IMG/VR virus record: IMGVR_UViG_3300046660_000219
Location: 62,001-126,000 of that record
Reading direction: 5' to 3' (one strand)
DNA length: 64,000 nt
In this document: one piece after another, positions 63,041-64,000 of the stretch
Numbering within the stretch: position 1 is the stretch's first letter
Layout of the letters: every line of letters begins with the position of its first letter
Translations under genes and position numbers: made by a program
The notes under the pieces: generated by a model
The model's database searches: none
What the model was told of the DNA's origin: nothing
Seen by the model: only the letters and a program-made list of their open reading frames with translations

Positions 63041-64000
63041 TTAGCGAGGGCGGCGCTTCTTCTGTTCCTCGCGACCAGCCGGACGCGTGATCGGTCGGCG
63101 CTCTTCACGCTCTTCGCGTTCAGGGCGGCGCGCGGGCGGGCGGCGTTCCACACGAGCCGCTACTTTTTCCGGAGGACGCTTGATCGGACGGCGAGCCTCC
63201 TCGCGCACAGGGCGCGTACGACGCGGAATAGTGTCCTCGTCAGTATCGGTATCATTATCGTCATCATCACGACGGCGACGTGCCGTACGCGAAGGGATGG
63301 CGTCGTCATCCGCGTCCGTGTCTTCGTCGTCTTCCGCATCGCGACCACGAATGGAGAACGATTCCTTCTTGGCGCGCTTCGGACGATCGTCGTCTTCGTC
63401 ACTACCTTTACCGAACTTGGCAACGTACGCCTTGTTCTTGGCCAGGGAGTCAGCGTATTCCGACAGGTCCAGATCGTCGAATTCTTTTGCGTTCGGATCG
63501 ATGATCGCGATCAGTTCACGAGCCCGCTTAGCCGCTGCTTTTTCCGAAGGAATAAGGGTAGTCAGCTTCCCTAGATCGTAAGTCAGGAATTGATCTTCAC
63601 CACCCTTGATGCTGAGCTTGCGCCAGAGCTTTTCAGCACGTTGGATAGTCCACATACCAGCAGGAGTACTGGCCTTCGGGTTCTTAGCGACGTCAACTGC
63701 ACGACCAAATACCGGATCGTACAGTTCCTTGATTTCGCCACGTTCGTTCTTGTTACCCTTTGTTAGAGTAGCCAGTGTCTCAGCCGCCATTGGCGGGAAA
63801 GCCCAAACGCGGCACGGCGTCCACGAAGCAGAGGCCATGTCTTTGAAACCGGTGCGTTGTTCTGCACGCGTCATCGGCGGCAGGCGACGCGGTTGCGAGT
63901 TCATCAACTGTTCATCGATGACGTTGCAGTAGAACGTGGCGCGGGCCGTATGGTTGATGTCGCAGAACGGGCAACGAGCCCCCTGGATAAGGGTATTCTC
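63041..64000 (-). CDS. gp32-like single-stranded DNA-binding protein, 5' truncated
   Basis: Frame open to window end: RCPFC...FYCNVIDE; LYDPVFGRAVDV; charged low-complexity tail. Confidence 0.7.
   Translation of the reverse strand, partial: ENTLIQGARCPFCDINHTARATFYCNVIDEQLMNSQPRRLPPMTRAEQRTGFKDMASASWTPCRVWAFPPMAAETLATLTKGNKNERGEIKELYDPVFGRAVDVAKNPKASTPAGMWTIQRAEKLWRKLSIKGGEDQFLTYDLGKLTTLIPSEKAAAKRARELIAIIDPNAKEFDDLDLSEYADSLAKNKAYVAKFGKGSDEDDDRPKRAKKESFSIRGRDAEDDEDTDADDDAIPSRTARRRRDDDDNDTDTDEDTIPRRTRPVREEARRPIKRPPEKVAARVERRPPARRPEREEREERRPITRPAGREEQKKRRPR

Noticed and set aside
1-64000. Stop-codon reassignment
   Set aside because: Genes tile densely under the standard code, all three stops are used and no suppressor tRNA is present
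1-64000. Phage nucleus (chimallin/PhuZ) or multisubunit RNA polymerase genes
   Set aside because: No recognisable motifs in this window; the rest of the genome is not visible

Overview
This 64 kb window is part of a large lytic contractile-tailed phage genome (jumbo-myovirus-like). Bases 1-30.5 kb (+ strand) are a late structural block: head, major capsid, sheath, three tube-like paralogs, T4-like baseplate, branched fibres, GH46-like endolysin and a holin-like protein. It converges at a bidirectional terminator (30535-30570) with a minus-strand block (30.6-64 kb). That block holds accessory genes (SpoU methyltransferase, 2H phosphoesterase, metallophosphoesterase, K+ channel, spanins, NADAR, Xre-like antitoxin), a tRNA/ncRNA cluster, large terminase and a replication module (DnaB, SF2 helicase, clamp, PolA with UDG-like domain, RecA, gp32-like SSB). 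The gene set recalls RSL1/PaBG/Y3-type jumbo myoviruses (from memory, not searched). The strongest unusual signal is a tRNA(CAT) gene split in two by a ~720 bp cassette carrying an HNH endonuclease plus its own intact, differently built tRNA(CAT), an apparent self-complementing tRNA-replacement element. Other notable signals are an LTRPDG peptide module shared by three unrelated virion proteins, several unannotated structured RNAs, a recurring CTAATTTA candidate late promoter (twice inside hairpins), orphan antitoxin/anti-defence candidates, and basic disordered tails on most DNA-metabolism proteins. All assignments were made by eye from motifs and synteny; no database search or folding program was run.
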